In this document: positions 50,151 through 60,803 of the stretch, piece after piece
Numbering within the stretch: position 1 is the first letter of the stretch
How the letters are laid out: the number at the start of each line of letters is the position of its first letter
NCBI GenBank assembly: GCA_050331735.1
Contig: JBHJGN010000029.1
Coordinates: forward strand, 96,001-160,000
Direction: 5' to 3'
Source of the DNA: Cyanophyceae cyanobacterium
Lineage (GTDB): Bacteria > Cyanobacteriota > Cyanobacteriia > Cyanobacteriales > JBHJGN01
DNA: 64,000 bases
Translations under genes and position numbers: made by a program
The notes under the pieces: generated by a model
The model's input: the letters and a program-made list of their open reading frames with translations, nothing else
What the model was told of the DNA's origin: nothing
The model's database searches: none

Positions 50151-51035
50151 CTAGGCAGAAAATAGCTTCGCAATAGCGGCTTTCGGGTCTGGCTGTTTCA
50201 CTAAAGATTCGCCAATCAGGACAGCATCGGCTCCTGCCAGTCTGACTTGTTCTAAATCGTTATACTGATGCAGACCTGATTCACTAACAATAGTAATTTT
50301 TCGCTCTTTGATGGCTTGGGAACGGTGCTCAAGCAACTGGCACGTCGTTTGTAAATCAACCGAAAAGTCTTCTAAGTTTCGATTGTTGATGCCAATTACG
50401 GTGACATCCTTGAGCGACAGAACCCGATCTAACTCCTCAAGTGTGTGGACCTCGAGCAGCGGTGTCATCCCGATGGCGCGGGTAATTTTGATGAAATATT
50501 GCAGGTCGCTGTCGCTTAAAATGGCCGCAATGAACAAGACTGCATCGGCTCCTTTGGCGCGAGCCATATAAATCTGGTAAGGATAAATAATGAACTCTTT
50601 GCAAAGCAGCGGTAAATCTACCGCTCCGCGTACTAAAGCAAGGTTATCAAAACTGCCAGCAAAGAATTTGGCATCTGTCAGCACTGACAAGCAGCTTGCT
50701 CCACCCTGTTCATAGGCTTGAGCAATCTGTACTGGATTAAAGTTCTCGCAAATAATGCCTCTACTGGGAGAGGCTTTTTTGACTTCGGCAATCAGGGCAG
50801 GTTGCGTCTTTCCCTGTCGCAGGGCCGCCACAAAATCGCGGGCGGGGCCAACCTCTCGCACCTGCTTCTGCAACTCAAGGAGAGACAGGCGCGATCGCAT
50901 TTGCTCGACTTCTTTTTCTTTGTGCCAAACAATCTCTTCTAAAATATGGCGCGGCTGGGCACCCGGGAGATTGACCTGATAGCGTAGGATACTAATATCG
51001 ACGGGAGGATTGGGCTGTCTTCTTCTAATCTGCAT
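50151..51035 (-). CDS. trpC: Indole-3-glycerol phosphate synthase
   Basis: [30 protein letters not shown] and LIGESL motifs. Confidence 0.97.
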   Translation of the reverse strand: MQIRRRQPNPPVDISILRYQVNLPGAQPRHILEEIVWHKEKEVEQMRSRLSLLELQKQVREVGPARDFVAALRQGKTQPALIAEVKKASPSRGIICENFNPVQIAQAYEQGGASCLSVLTDAKFFAGSFDNLALVRGAVDLPLLCKEFIIYPYQIYMARAKGADAVLFIAAILSDSDLQYFIKITRAIGMTPLLEVHTLEELDRVLSLKDVTVIGINNRNLEDFSVDLQTTCQLLEHRSQAIKERKITIVSESGLHQYNDLEQVRLAGADAVLIGESLVKQPDPKAAIAKLFSA

Positions 51036-51058
51036 GGATTCATGACGTGAGTGAGGGT

Positions 51059-52480
51059 CTAAGCAGCGACTTCGGCTCGCTTGTAGGCTTCATCGAGAAC
51101 TTCAGAAAGGGTGGGGTGGGTGTGGACGGTAAAGGCAAGGTTTTGCACCGTTTGCCGCTGGGCGATCGCGTTGGCTGCCTCCTGAATCAGGTCGGCGGCG
51201 TGCATACCGATAATATGTACGCCGAGAACTTCCCCGGTATCTTGCCGATACACAACCTTGGCTAAGCCATCGGTTTCCCCTTCTGCCAGGGCTTTGGAGT
51301 TGCCTTTAAAGTACGTCTTCACCGAGGCTACTGGAAATCCTTCCTGGTCTCCGAGTTCCTTGGCGGCGGGTTCTGTGTAGCCCACGTAGCTAATTTCTGG
51401 ATGGGTAAAGGCCGCAGCGGGAATAGAGCGGTAGTCTACGATATGCTCGCGTCCGCAGATGTTTTCTACCGCAACGATTCCCTGACCAGAAGCCGCATGA
51501 GCTAGCATCATCTTTCCCGTCGCATCGCCCACTGCCCACAGGTGAGGCACTGGCTGACCGTCCCGCAGCACCGCCATCTGGTCATCGACCGGAATAAAGC
51601 CACGGCGGTCGGTTTCGACCCCTAACGTTTCTAATCCGAGGTTCTTGGTAGCGGGAATGCGACCTGTCGCCACCAGACAGGCATCGACTTCTAAGACCTC
51701 ATTCACTTCCTTCGTTTTCGGATCGGCGAGTTCAATGACGACCGGAGAACCTGGCTTGACGGTTTTGGCAATTTTGCCCACGCGGGTTTCAATGTCGCGG
51801 GTGGCAATCAGGACTCGTTGAGCAATTTTGGCGATTTCTGGGTCGAAACCAGGCATGAGAGTATCGAGAGCCTCAATCATGGTAATCTCGCATCCCAGGG
51901 CTGTATACACGTCGGAGAATTCTAATCCAATATAGCCACTGCCGATAATGGCAATCCAGTCAGGAAGAGACTCTAGCTTGATCGCGTCATCGCTGGTAAA
52001 CACGGTTTTGCCGTCAAGTTCAATTCCTGGAGGCACAAACGGCACTGAACCAGGACAGAGCAGAATATCTTGAGCGGTAATTGTTCTTTCTCCGTTCTCG
52101 GTTTGAACGGTTACTTTCTGCGGTCCTGAGACTTTTCCCCAGCCCCGAATGGTATCAACTTTGAGGCGCTTAAGGCTGTTGGTGAGATCGCCCCGAATTT
52201 TGCTGACTAAGTTAAGAGCATGGTCGGCGATCGCCTGTCGTTCAAACTGTACTCCGTCAACCTGAATGCCCAGTTCCTGGAGGTGTTCGCTGCCCAACTC
52301 CCTGACCCTTCCTGAAGCGGCGAGAAGGGCTTTAGACGGAATGCAGCCTCGATTAACGCAGGTTCCTCCCATGTCCTGGGCTTCGATAATGGCCGTTTTC
52401 AAACCGCACTTAACGGCGTGTAGGGCTGCACCATGCCCGCCAACGCCAGCCCCAATAATGACTAAATCGTAATCGAACAT
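51059..52480 (-). CDS. lpdA: Dihydrolipoamide dehydrogenase
   Basis: [19 protein letters not shown] redox disulfide, HTHPTLSE. Confidence 0.97.
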   Translation of the reverse strand: MFDYDLVIIGAGVGGHGAALHAVKCGLKTAIIEAQDMGGTCVNRGCIPSKALLAASGRVRELGSEHLQELGIQVDGVQFERQAIADHALNLVSKIRGDLTNSLKRLKVDTIRGWGKVSGPQKVTVQTENGERTITAQDILLCPGSVPFVPPGIELDGKTVFTSDDAIKLESLPDWIAIIGSGYIGLEFSDVYTALGCEITMIEALDTLMPGFDPEIAKIAQRVLIATRDIETRVGKIAKTVKPGSPVVIELADPKTKEVNEVLEVDACLVATGRIPATKNLGLETLGVETDRRGFIPVDDQMAVLRDGQPVPHLWAVGDATGKMMLAHAASGQGIVAVENICGREHIVDYRSIPAAAFTHPEISYVGYTEPAAKELGDQEGFPVASVKTYFKGNSKALAEGETDGLAKVVYRQDTGEVLGVHIIGMHAADLIQEAANAIAQRQTVQNLAFTVHTHPTLSEVLDEAYKRAEVAA

Positions 52481-52564
52481 CTATCTTAAAGTCCGTAATC
52501 ATTCCTCTCTTTATCGTAATCGATGCGATCGCTCTCTTTTGAGAGATGCTGAGCATTGATAAGA

Positions 52565-53359
52565 CTACTCCCCCTGACCCCGAATCAGAGAGCGCTGTCG
52601 CCTCGCTTCGTACAGCAAGAGGGCGGCGGCGATCGCTACGTTTAACGACTCGACTCCATTACGAAGGGGAATTTGAACCTGTCGATCGGCTAGAGTGACT
52701 AACTCCCTCGATAAACCCGCTCCTTCGTTGCCCAGTAAAATTAAGGTTGGTACGCTCCAGTCAAGTTCCCAATAGGCTTGAGTCGCTTGAGGACGAGTCG
52801 CCACGATTTGTGTTCCCTGCTGTTGATAGTGGACTACGGTGGCGGCCAAATTGTCACTGTGGGCGATCGGGGCTTGGAACCAAGACCCGGCTGATGCTCT
52901 CATTACTTTAGGATTGTGCAGCTCTACGCTATCTTGGCTCAGCCAGAGGCGATCAGTGCTAGTGGCCACTGCCGTCCGTAAAATGGTTCCTAAATTTCCC
53001 GGATCTTGGAGCCTTTCCAGCATTAGACCGAGGCTAAGGTCTGACGATGCGAGGAGCGTTCTGGGAGGGATGGTAGCGACCACTCCATCCGGATTGACGG
53101 TTGTTGCTAGCTTAGCTAAGACTTCCGGGGAGACGAGTTCGGTTCGGGCTGCTTTTTGGGAGACGGTTTGCCACAGGCAAGGCTGGCGTTCCTGCCATTG
53201 AGGAGTACAGCACACCGTTACTAAGGAATGATTGGCATCGCAAGCAGCCTGAAGCAGATGCGTTCCTTCCAATAAGTACAGGTTTTGTTCGCGCCTCGCT
53301 TTGGCACGATGCAGCTTCCGCATCTGCTTAATCAAAGGATTTTGCAGACTGGTCAACAT
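52565..53359 (-). CDS. TrmH/SpoU family RNA methyltransferase
   Basis: LQDPGNLGTILR, GNEGAGL and ESLNVAIA motifs. Confidence 0.93.
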   Translation of the reverse strand: MLTSLQNPLIKQMRKLHRAKARREQNLYLLEGTHLLQAACDANHSLVTVCCTPQWQERQPCLWQTVSQKAARTELVSPEVLAKLATTVNPDGVVATIPPRTLLASSDLSLGLMLERLQDPGNLGTILRTAVATSTDRLWLSQDSVELHNPKVMRASAGSWFQAPIAHSDNLAATVVHYQQQGTQIVATRPQATQAYWELDWSVPTLILLGNEGAGLSRELVTLADRQVQIPLRNGVESLNVAIAAALLLYEARRQRSLIRGQGE

Positions 53360-53387
53360 AGAGCCGTGAGTAAGCTTTTCAAGTTAA

Positions 53388-53471
53388 TGCGGAACCCGGG
53401 ACTTGAACCCGGAAGTCCTTGCAGACACTAGAACCTGAATCTAGCGCGTCTACCAATTCCGCCAGTTCCGC
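53388..53471 (-). tRNA. tRNA-Leu (CAG)
   Basis: Reverse complement GCGGAACTGGCGGAATTGGTAGACGCG-CTAGA-TTCAGGT-TCTAG..., long variable arm, GGTTCAAGTCC T-arm. Confidence 0.95.
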
Positions 53472-53630
53472 ACAATTTTATTCGCGATCTATTATTTTTT
53501 CAAAGACAGAGCAGATTGTCAAGCAATTAGTCCTGTTATGCTGAGCAAAAAATATTTCTGGATTCAAGCAACCCTAAGTCTTACTTTCGGGTAGAATCAA
53601 ACCAAATTTTGTCACTAGGAGGGCACGGCC

Positions 53631-54986
53631 ATTACTTCTCCATCTTTAAAGACCTTAACTGAATCGCCCCAGCACCCGCCAGTTTTAAAAATCGGCGGGC
53701 AAGCCTCTTTACAGGGTCACGTTCAGATCAGCGGCGCCAAAAATTCTGCCTTGGCGATTATGGCAGGAGCTTTACTTTGCCCAGATGACTGCCGCATTCG
53801 CAATCTGCCGGAGCTTGTTGATTTGACCCGGATGGGCCAAGTGTTAGCAGCACTTGGAATCAACATTAAACGACACGGCGATATTTTAGATGTCAATGCC
53901 AGCACGATTGGTCAACATCGCGCTCCTTACGAACTTGTTTCTCAGCTACGAGCGAGCTTTTTCATTATTGGTCCCCTCATTGCTCGGTTAGGTATTGCTG
54001 AGATTCCTCTTCCCGGTGGATGCGCCATTGGAGCGAGACCCGTTGACATTCACGTGCGCGGCCTGCAGGCTCTCGGGGCAGACGTGCGGATCGAGCACGG
54101 CATTGTTCATGCCTGCGTAAATCAGCGTCGCGGACGCTTACAGGGGACAAAAATTTATCTAGATTATCCGAGCGTTGGTGCAACGGAAACCATCATGATG
54201 GCCGCAACTCTCGCTGACGGGGAAACCACCATCGAAAATGCTGCTCAAGAACCAGAAGTGAGCGATTTGGCTAACTTCTGTCGCGCGATGGGAGCCAACA
54301 TCAAGGGCTCTGGAACCAACACAATTACAATTTCTGGGGTAGAGCGTCTGCATGCGGTGGATTACTCGGTGATTCCCGACCGGATTGAAGCCGGAACCTT
54401 TCTAGTCGCTGGAGCCATGACCCATTCCGAGCTGACGCTGGCGCCGGTGATTCCGGATCATCTTACCGCCGTCATTGCTAAACTCCGCGAAATCGGGGCT
54501 CACGTTATCGTCGAAGAGCCGCGCTGCCTGCGGATTGTGCCGGGCGAGAACCGCGCCACCGACATCGAGACCCTCCCTTTTCCGGGTTTTCCCACCGATA
54601 TGCAGGCGCAGTTTATGGCCCTGCTTGCCCTGGCCGAGGGAAACAGCATGATTAGCGAAACGGTGTTTGAAAATCGCCTGCGTCATGTTGCCGAACTCAA
54701 TCGCATGGGCGCCGATATCCGCATTAAAGGGAACCACGCTATTGTGCGAGGAGTCCCCTTTTTATCGGGAGCGCCAGTCATGGCCACTGACTTACGAGCC
54801 TCCGCCGCCCTCGTGCTGGCTGGTTTAGCCGCTCGCGGTGAAACCATCGTGCAGGGACTTCATCATCTCGATCGCGGGTACGACAACTTAGAAAACAAGC
54901 TCCGTCAGCTTGGGGCTCGCCTAGAGCGTGTTGGAGCAGCGACAGCGGCAGTTCCGATGCCAGATAAAACTGACATTAAGATTTAA
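53631..54986 (+). CDS. murA: UDP-N-acetylglucosamine 1-carboxyvinyltransferase (probable ATT start)
   Basis: [13 protein letters not shown] and FPTDMQAQ motifs. The conserved [15 protein letters not shown] lies upstream of the track's TTG start; AGGAGG sits 8 nt before ATT 53631. Confidence 0.93.
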   Translation: MTSPSLKTLTESPQHPPVLKIGGQASLQGHVQISGAKNSALAIMAGALLCPDDCRIRNLPELVDLTRMGQVLAALGINIKRHGDILDVNASTIGQHRAPYELVSQLRASFFIIGPLIARLGIAEIPLPGGCAIGARPVDIHVRGLQALGADVRIEHGIVHACVNQRRGRLQGTKIYLDYPSVGATETIMMAATLADGETTIENAAQEPEVSDLANFCRAMGANIKGSGTNTITISGVERLHAVDYSVIPDRIEAGTFLVAGAMTHSELTLAPVIPDHLTAVIAKLREIGAHVIVEEPRCLRIVPGENRATDIETLPFPGFPTDMQAQFMALLALAEGNSMISETVFENRLRHVAELNRMGADIRIKGNHAIVRGVPFLSGAPVMATDLRASAALVLAGLAARGETIVQGLHHLDRGYDNLENKLRQLGARLERVGAATAAVPMPDKTDIKI

Positions 54987-55217
54987 TCCCTCTGAACCTA
55001 GACTAGCTGTGATTAGCTGTCTCCTTGTGCTCTTGACCACACTTAGCCTTTGCTCTTCCACACACTCTGCTCTGGTTGATAGCGTTTACTCATCCCGTTA
55101 TTGAGGATAGCTGCTACACAAACTAGAGAGCTGACTCCCTGACTCCTCACCTCGATTTGAAATCGGTTTCACTTCTGGTGAACCCGTTCGATGCTCATTG
55201 ATCGGCGCTCGAAACAG

Positions 55218-55814
55218 TCACTCTGTCCCTGGTTTTGGCATCACTTCGGAGGAATTGGCCACAATTTCTGCGATCGCGTTTACGTGTTTTAAGTAAGCCT
55301 TTTCTGCCAAAACAGGAGTGCTGCCTGCCAGCGAAACCGGTTTAGCTAGATCGATCCAAGACTGACAGCCGCCGTACTCCTGCCGATAGGGGATTTCTAC
55401 CGGCTGCGGTAGCTGATAGGTGCGCAGAAGTAAAACGGAAAGAGGCTGGCGCGGTTTCCACTGAAAACGTTCTGTCACGAAGCGTTCGTTCCAAATATGG
55501 TAAGGCAGTAACTGGTGAACCACTGACTCGTCACTGACACAGAAGAGATGAGTAATGGTGGCCCAGCTAGCGATCATCACGGTATTGGAATGCCAGCCAG
55601 AGGTCACCGAGGTCACGGGGTACCCTGTTTTCAACAGATGGGGCTGTTGATGTTCGTAAGTTGGATACAGCACAACCTGTTGGTAGCGAACCTGAAAGCG
55701 TCCGCCCGCTTCTCGAATGCCTCCTTTGCGCAGCAGTAAAATGGTGTCCCCGGATTCTAAGGCTCGGAGAGCGATCGCCCATTCTTTAAGAGCATGAGTA
55801 GTAGCAGAGAGCAT
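55218..55814 (-). CDS. DUF1802 family protein
   Basis: ALKEWA, LLRKGGIRE, LYPTYEHQ and YGGCQSWI motifs. Confidence 0.85.
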   Translation of the reverse strand: MLSATTHALKEWAIALRALESGDTILLLRKGGIREAGGRFQVRYQQVVLYPTYEHQQPHLLKTGYPVTSVTSGWHSNTVMIASWATITHLFCVSDESVVHQLLPYHIWNERFVTERFQWKPRQPLSVLLLRTYQLPQPVEIPYRQEYGGCQSWIDLAKPVSLAGSTPVLAEKAYLKHVNAIAEIVANSSEVMPKPGTE

Positions 55815-56070
55815 TGGACTTGCCGGTTAGCGATTTACTTCATCGTAGTGCGATTAGGCAGTCAAAATTTGAAATTTACCTTGAGACGAACCACTGAGAA
55901 ATCAGGGATTTAAGCTCAGGACTGCTAGGAAAGCTGGTTCCTGCTTGAATGTCTAACTTTGAATTGTGCCTCTCCAAGCGGTTTTCAGTTGAAGCAGAAG
56001 CCTTGAATGGATTAAAAGCGTGTCAATAGGGCAGTCCCCGTGTTAACCTATCACCATTAATTGCTGAACT

Positions 56071-56084
56071 AATACGCTTGTACC
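56071..56084 (+). promoter_or_regulatory. LexA-like box upstream of smc
   Basis: AATAC-GCT-TGTACC, near-identical to the box at 47124. Confidence 0.5.
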
Positions 56085-56119
56085 GATCTGACTTGCTATT
56101 GCCTCTCTAGCCAGCGCCT

Positions 56120-59100
56120 ATGGTTCATATTAAGCGCGTGGAACTTTCACACTTTAAATCTTTTGGCGGTACAGCTCGGATTCCGATACTGCCCGGATTT
56201 ACCGTCGTCTCGGGGCCTAATGGTTCAGGAAAATCAAACATTCTTGATGCACTGCTGTTTTGCCTCGGACTCGCTACCTCTAGAGGAATGCGGGCAGAAC
56301 GGCTTCCCGATTTGGTCAATCATAATCGCACGAACGGTCGCCGCGCCGCCGAAACGACCGTCTCTGTTACCTTCGCTCTTTCTGACGGCTTGGAGACCGA
56401 GCCATTCGCCGAGTCAGATGATTCCTCCAATGGTCACAACGGCAGTAAAATAGCCTCAGAATGGACCGTGACCCGTCGCCTGCGTGTCGGTCAAGGCGGC
56501 AATTACTCCTCCACCTACTACATCAACGGAGCCGTCTGTACCGCGAGCGAACTCCACGAACAGCTTAGCCGTCTGCGCATCTATCCTGAAGGCTATAACG
56601 TTGTGCTACAGGGGGACGTAACCCGCATTATCACGATGAATTCGCGGGAGAGGCGAGAAATTATCGACGAACTGGCGGGAGTCGCAGAATTCGATCGCCG
56701 GATCGAGCAGGCCAAGCAGACCCTCGAAGACGTGCGCGAACGGGAAGACCGGTGCCGCATCCTCGAGCAAGAGCTGATTAAGTCCCGCGATCGCTTGGCG
56801 GCTGACCGCGTGAAGGCGGAGAAATATCACAAGCTCAAAGGCAAAATTCAGGAACAGCAGCAGCAGGAAAAGCTCCTGATTTGGCACTCGCTGCATCAGC
56901 AGGAACGCCAGCTCCAGGGGCAGATGACCGCCCGAGAGCAGCAGCTCGCGCAGCTCACCCAACAGCTCAGCGCGCTAGACACCGACATTAACCAAGCCAC
57001 GGCTCAGCTCGCCGAACTGAACCGCCGCGTTAAAGCCCTCGGAGAAGACGAACAGCTATCGGTGGCCTCAAAGCTAGCCACTCAAAAAGCCAAGCATCAG
57101 CAGCTTGAGCAGCGCCAGCAGGAGCGACAAACCCTAGCGCAGCAGAATCAAGAGGCGATCGCCCGCACTCAAGGAGAGCTAGCCCACTATCACCACTCTT
57201 TGTCAGCCCTCGAGCAACGCCAGTCCCACCTCCAGGCCACTCTCCCCACCACCGCCCAACGGCGCGAGCAAGCCCAGGCTACCCTGCAAACGAGCCGGGA
57301 ACAGGCCGATGCGATCGCTGCGGCTTCCGACGCCTGGATTCAGGAACAAGCCGCCCTCAGCCGCCAGATCGCCACTCTCCAGAAGACCCTGAATCCTCTT
57401 CAGAATGAACAGGCACAGTTACAAGAGCGCACCAGTCAGCGACAAAATCAGCTCACAGAACAGTATCAGCTTCAACAAATTAATCAGCAGGAACGAGAGG
57501 CGAACAGAGCTGAGAGCACGGCATTATCTGAGAGACTCGCCGCGTTTGAGCAACAGATCCAGCTCCTCGCCCATCAACTCGCCACTGCCGAACAAGAATG
57601 CACCATTAGCCAGGAAACTCAGACTCGTCTGCTGCGAGAACAGCGAGAGAAACAGCGCCAGCTCGATAAGCTAGAGGCGACGAAAGAGGCTCAGCAGGAC
57701 GCCCAGGGCACCACCGCCACCAGAACGATTCTCCAGGCCAACCTACCCGGAGTGTGTGGCTTGGTCGCTCAGCTCGGACAGGTTGAGCCTCGCTATCAGT
57801 TAGCGCTGGAAACCGCCGCTGGCGGCAGACTGGGATTTATCGTGGTCGAAGACGACCAGGTGGCGGCAGCGGGGATTGAGCTGCTCAGGCAGCGACGAGC
57901 CGGACGAGCGACGTTTCTCCCGCTCAACAAAATTCAGCCGCCGCGCTTTAACGAGACAGTCGTGCTGCGGTACGCCAGGGGCTTTGTTGATTTAGCGGTC
58001 AATCTGATCGATGCGCCCCTCCAGTATCGGAAAATCTTTGCCTACGTTTTCGGCGGGACGGTCGTGTTTGAAACGATCGATGAGGCTCGTCCTTATTTAG
58101 GCAAACAGCGGATCGTAACGATGGCAGGGGATTTGCTAGAGAGTAGCGGAGCGATGACTGGAGGCAGCCGCCCTCTGCGCTCAGCGCTGCATTTTGGCAC
58201 AGCGACCCCCACAGACTCAGAAGAATTAGAGAGTCTGCGGCATCGCTTAGCGGAAATTGACCGGATTTTGGAGCGCAATGAACGCTACCTAGCACAAAAA
58301 AACACCGCTACCAGACGATTAGCCCAGGAACTCACGGACAGCAGACAGCAGGGACGAGAGCAGCAGCTTAGACGAGAACAGTTAGACCAAGAAGAAGCAC
58401 GATTAACGGCGCAGCAGGCTCAGCTTGCGGCCCAGGTTGAACGGAGTCGGGAAGAACTTCGGCAGGCCGAGCAGCGACTCCAGGACTTAGCCACCCAAAT
58501 CCCGCTGATGGAAGCGCAGCTTCAGCAAAATCAGCAGCGCTTGAGCGAGCTAGAGGCCTCGGGAACCTCCAGCGAGTGGCAACAGCTTCAGGTGCTCATT
58601 AAAGAGCAAGAAGCCGAACTACAGCAGCAGGAACGGGCGTATCGGGAAGTAGAGGAACAGCTTAAAGATGTCGCCAATCAGCAGCAGCGCCTCGTCGAAA
58701 AAATCACCGAAGCGGAGCAGCGCCTTGCCGCAGACCAGAATCGAGCGTCAGCCCTGAACCAACAGCAGCTAGAGGTAATGCAGGAACGGGCCAGTCTGGG
58801 GGAGCGTATTGCCGCCACGGAAGAGGAGTTAGCTCGCCTGTCAGAACGCCTCGGGGAAACAAAACAAGAGCGCGATCACACCGAAGCGAATCTGCGATCG
58901 CACCAGCATCAGCAGCAACAGCAGGCTTGGCAGCAGCAAAAACTGATAGAAACGCAACAGTCGCAGCAAGCCGAGTTGGCGGAACTGCGCGAAGAGATTG
59001 CGCGCCAAAGGTTAGAACTGCCGGAGCCTCTTCCCGAACCGGCGATCGCAGACCCGGATGCTGACCTCACGACTCCACTCGGCCAGCTCCAGCAGGAACT

Positions 59101-59716
59101 CCGCAGCGCCCAGAAGCGCCTAGAAGCCATGGAGCCTGTCAATATGCTGGCGCTCGAGGAATACGAACAGATGCAGGCCCGACTCGAGGAGCTATCGGCA
59201 AAACTAGCTACCCTAGAAGCCGAACGCACAGAAATCTTACTCAGAGTGGAAAACTTTACCACCCTCCGCCTTCAGGAGTTCAAAAAAGCCTTTGACGCGG
59301 TCAACGAGAACTTCCAATCTATTTTTGCCACCCTCTCTGATGGCGACGGCTATCTCCAGCTCGAAGATACTGCCGATCCGTTTAGCGGCGGGTTAAATCT
59401 AGTCGCGCATCCGAAAGGTAAACCCGTACAGCGATTAAGTTCGATGTCTGGAGGAGAAAAATCCTTAACCGCCTTGAGCTTTATCTTTGCCCTCCAGCGC
59501 TATCGTCCCTCGCCTTTTTACGCCTTTGACGAGGTAGATATGTTCTTAGACGGAGCGAACGTAGAACGATTGTCCAAAATGATCAAACACCAGGCTCAGC
59601 AGGCTCAATTCATTGTCGTCAGTCTGCGCCGTCCAATGATCGAAGCCGCCCAGCGCACCATCGGCGTGACCCAAGCCAGAGGAGCCTACACTCAAGTATT
59701 GGGGATCAAGCTATGA
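56120..59716 (+). CDS. smc: Chromosome segregation protein SMC
   Basis: GPNGSGKSN Walker A, long coiled coils, hinge GRATFLPL, MSGGEKSL, FDEVD. Confidence 0.97.
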   Translation: MVHIKRVELSHFKSFGGTARIPILPGFTVVSGPNGSGKSNILDALLFCLGLATSRGMRAERLPDLVNHNRTNGRRAAETTVSVTFALSDGLETEPFAESDDSSNGHNGSKIASEWTVTRRLRVGQGGNYSSTYYINGAVCTASELHEQLSRLRIYPEGYNVVLQGDVTRIITMNSRERREIIDELAGVAEFDRRIEQAKQTLEDVREREDRCRILEQELIKSRDRLAADRVKAEKYHKLKGKIQEQQQQEKLLIWHSLHQQERQLQGQMTAREQQLAQLTQQLSALDTDINQATAQLAELNRRVKALGEDEQLSVASKLATQKAKHQQLEQRQQERQTLAQQNQEAIARTQGELAHYHHSLSALEQRQSHLQATLPTTAQRREQAQATLQTSREQADAIAAASDAWIQEQAALSRQIATLQKTLNPLQNEQAQLQERTSQRQNQLTEQYQLQQINQQEREANRAESTALSERLAAFEQQIQLLAHQLATAEQECTISQETQTRLLREQREKQRQLDKLEATKEAQQDAQGTTATRTILQANLPGVCGLVAQLGQVEPRYQLALETAAGGRLGFIVVEDDQVAAAGIELLRQRRAGRATFLPLNKIQPPRFNETVVLRYARGFVDLAVNLIDAPLQYRKIFAYVFGGTVVFETIDEARPYLGKQRIVTMAGDLLESSGAMTGGSRPLRSALHFGTATPTDSEELESLRHRLAEIDRILERNERYLAQKNTATRRLAQELTDSRQQGREQQLRREQLDQEEARLTAQQAQLAAQVERSREELRQAEQRLQDLATQIPLMEAQLQQNQQRLSELEASGTSSEWQQLQVLIKEQEAELQQQERAYREVEEQLKDVANQQQRLVEKITEAEQRLAADQNRASALNQQQLEVMQERASLGERIAATEEELARLSERLGETKQERDHTEANLRSHQHQQQQQAWQQQKLIETQQSQQAELAELREEIARQRLELPEPLPEPAIADPDADLTTPLGQLQQELRSAQKRLEAMEPVNMLALEEYEQMQARLEELSAKLATLEAERTEILLRVENFTTLRLQEFKKAFDAVNENFQSIFATLSDGDGYLQLEDTADPFSGGLNLVAHPKGKPVQRLSSMSGGEKSLTALSFIFALQRYRPSPFYAFDEVDMFLDGANVERLSKMIKHQAQQAQFIVVSLRRPMIEAAQRTIGVTQARGAYTQVLGIKL

Positions 59717-59729
59717 GCAGCGAAGCTGC

Positions 59730-59932
59730 TGGGGAAAAGGGGTAAGCCGCTTTTGCGGCGGGAAAAGGGCAAAGGGGAAGGGGTAAGCCGCTTTTGCGGC
59801 GGGAAAAGGGCAAAGGGGAAGGGGAAAAGGGAGGACTGATACCCAGTTCCTTAGACCCTGCGTTTTTCCCCGTCCCAACCGGGACCATTTCCCCTTTCCC
59901 CCTTCCCCCTTCCCCGTCCCAACCGGGACAGA
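59730..59932. repeat. Composite dispersed repeat, copy 5
   Basis: Tandem GGGGTAAGCCGCTTTTGCGGCGGGAAAAGGGCAAAGGG x2, TTCCCCGTCCCAACCGGGAC x2, minus-strand core GGGGAAAAACGCAGGGTCTAAGGAACTGGGT. Confidence 0.8.
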
Positions 59933-60565
59933 TCATTCCCCGTCGCTGAGCCAGGTAATCGCACTCTTAATCCAGTCTTCGACGTGGGGGTTTTTGAGCA
60001 ACAGGTTGTCTTTGCTGAGGGCGGACATGGCCTGTTCAATTTCTTCAGTGGTATAGCCGAGAGCTAGCAGAGTCATTTCCACATCTTCTAAAATGGCGGC
60101 GTTGGGCGCGGCTAAAGACCTTGACGCAGTGACTCCCGCATCCTGTCGCCACTGAGAGAGCTTCGTTTTGAGTTCTAAAGACATGCGCTCTGCGGTTTTT
60201 TTGCCGACCCCCGGTGTTTTAGAGAGAGCTCGAATATTCGTTGTCACGATCGCCTGCACTAAATCTGTGAGTCCGAGGGTATCGATCAAGGCGATCGCCA
60301 ACTGAGTGCCAATTCCGCTAACGCTGATGAGCTGACGAAATAAATCTCGTTCGGCGGCGGACGCAAACCCGTAGAGAATCTGCTGATCCTCTCGGATCTG
60401 TAGGTGAGTAAAAATCTGTGTTGTTGCTTCTAGATCATTAAAAGAACGGGCTAGGCGCGAAGGAATCTGTATCTCATAGCCGACGGAGTTGACCTCCAGA
60501 ATGAGCAAGACGCGATTGGTGCTTTTAATGACCTCAACTACCTGACCCTTAAGGTAGCTAATCAT
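59933..60565 (-). CDS. ruvA: Holliday junction branch migration protein RuvA
   Basis: MISYLKG, VGYEI, REDQQILYGF, VSGIG, PGVGKKTAERM and LLALGY motifs. Confidence 0.96.
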   Translation of the reverse strand: MISYLKGQVVEVIKSTNRVLLILEVNSVGYEIQIPSRLARSFNDLEATTQIFTHLQIREDQQILYGFASAAERDLFRQLISVSGIGTQLAIALIDTLGLTDLVQAIVTTNIRALSKTPGVGKKTAERMSLELKTKLSQWRQDAGVTASRSLAAPNAAILEDVEMTLLALGYTTEEIEQAMSALSKDNLLLKNPHVEDWIKSAITWLSDGE

Positions 60566-60587
60566 ACTCTATTGCTCCTTAGATAGC

Positions 60588-60803
60588 GGTTAGCCTTCGG
60601 CAGCTTTTAGCTGTTAGCTCTTAGCCAATCGTGACAAGTTAATAAACTTCGCTTTTTGTCAACTAGTTTTTAGCTATTAGCTGCTCAATCAGCAAGGCTC
60701 CTAAGAGCTAGCTGAAAGCTAAGAGTTCTATGCCTACTAGCTCATTGATTAGTCGGTTCTACACTTAGAAAAGCTAACAGCTAACGGCTAGTAGCTAATA
60801 GCT
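60588..60803. repeat. Heptamer (STRR-like) AGCTAAY/TTAGCT repeats in inverted clusters
   Basis: TTAGCTGTTAGCTCTTAGCC on the left; AGCTAACAGCTAACGGCTAGTAGCTAATAGCTA on the right. Confidence 0.65.

Noticed and set aside
59730..59932. CRISPR array
   Set aside because: Only two adjacent copies per unit, no unique spacers and no cas genes.
59706..60039. ORFs spanning G/C-rich repeats (also 10700-10924, 24227-24493, 49964-50173)
   Set aside because: They are translations of the dispersed repeat elements, not plausible genes.
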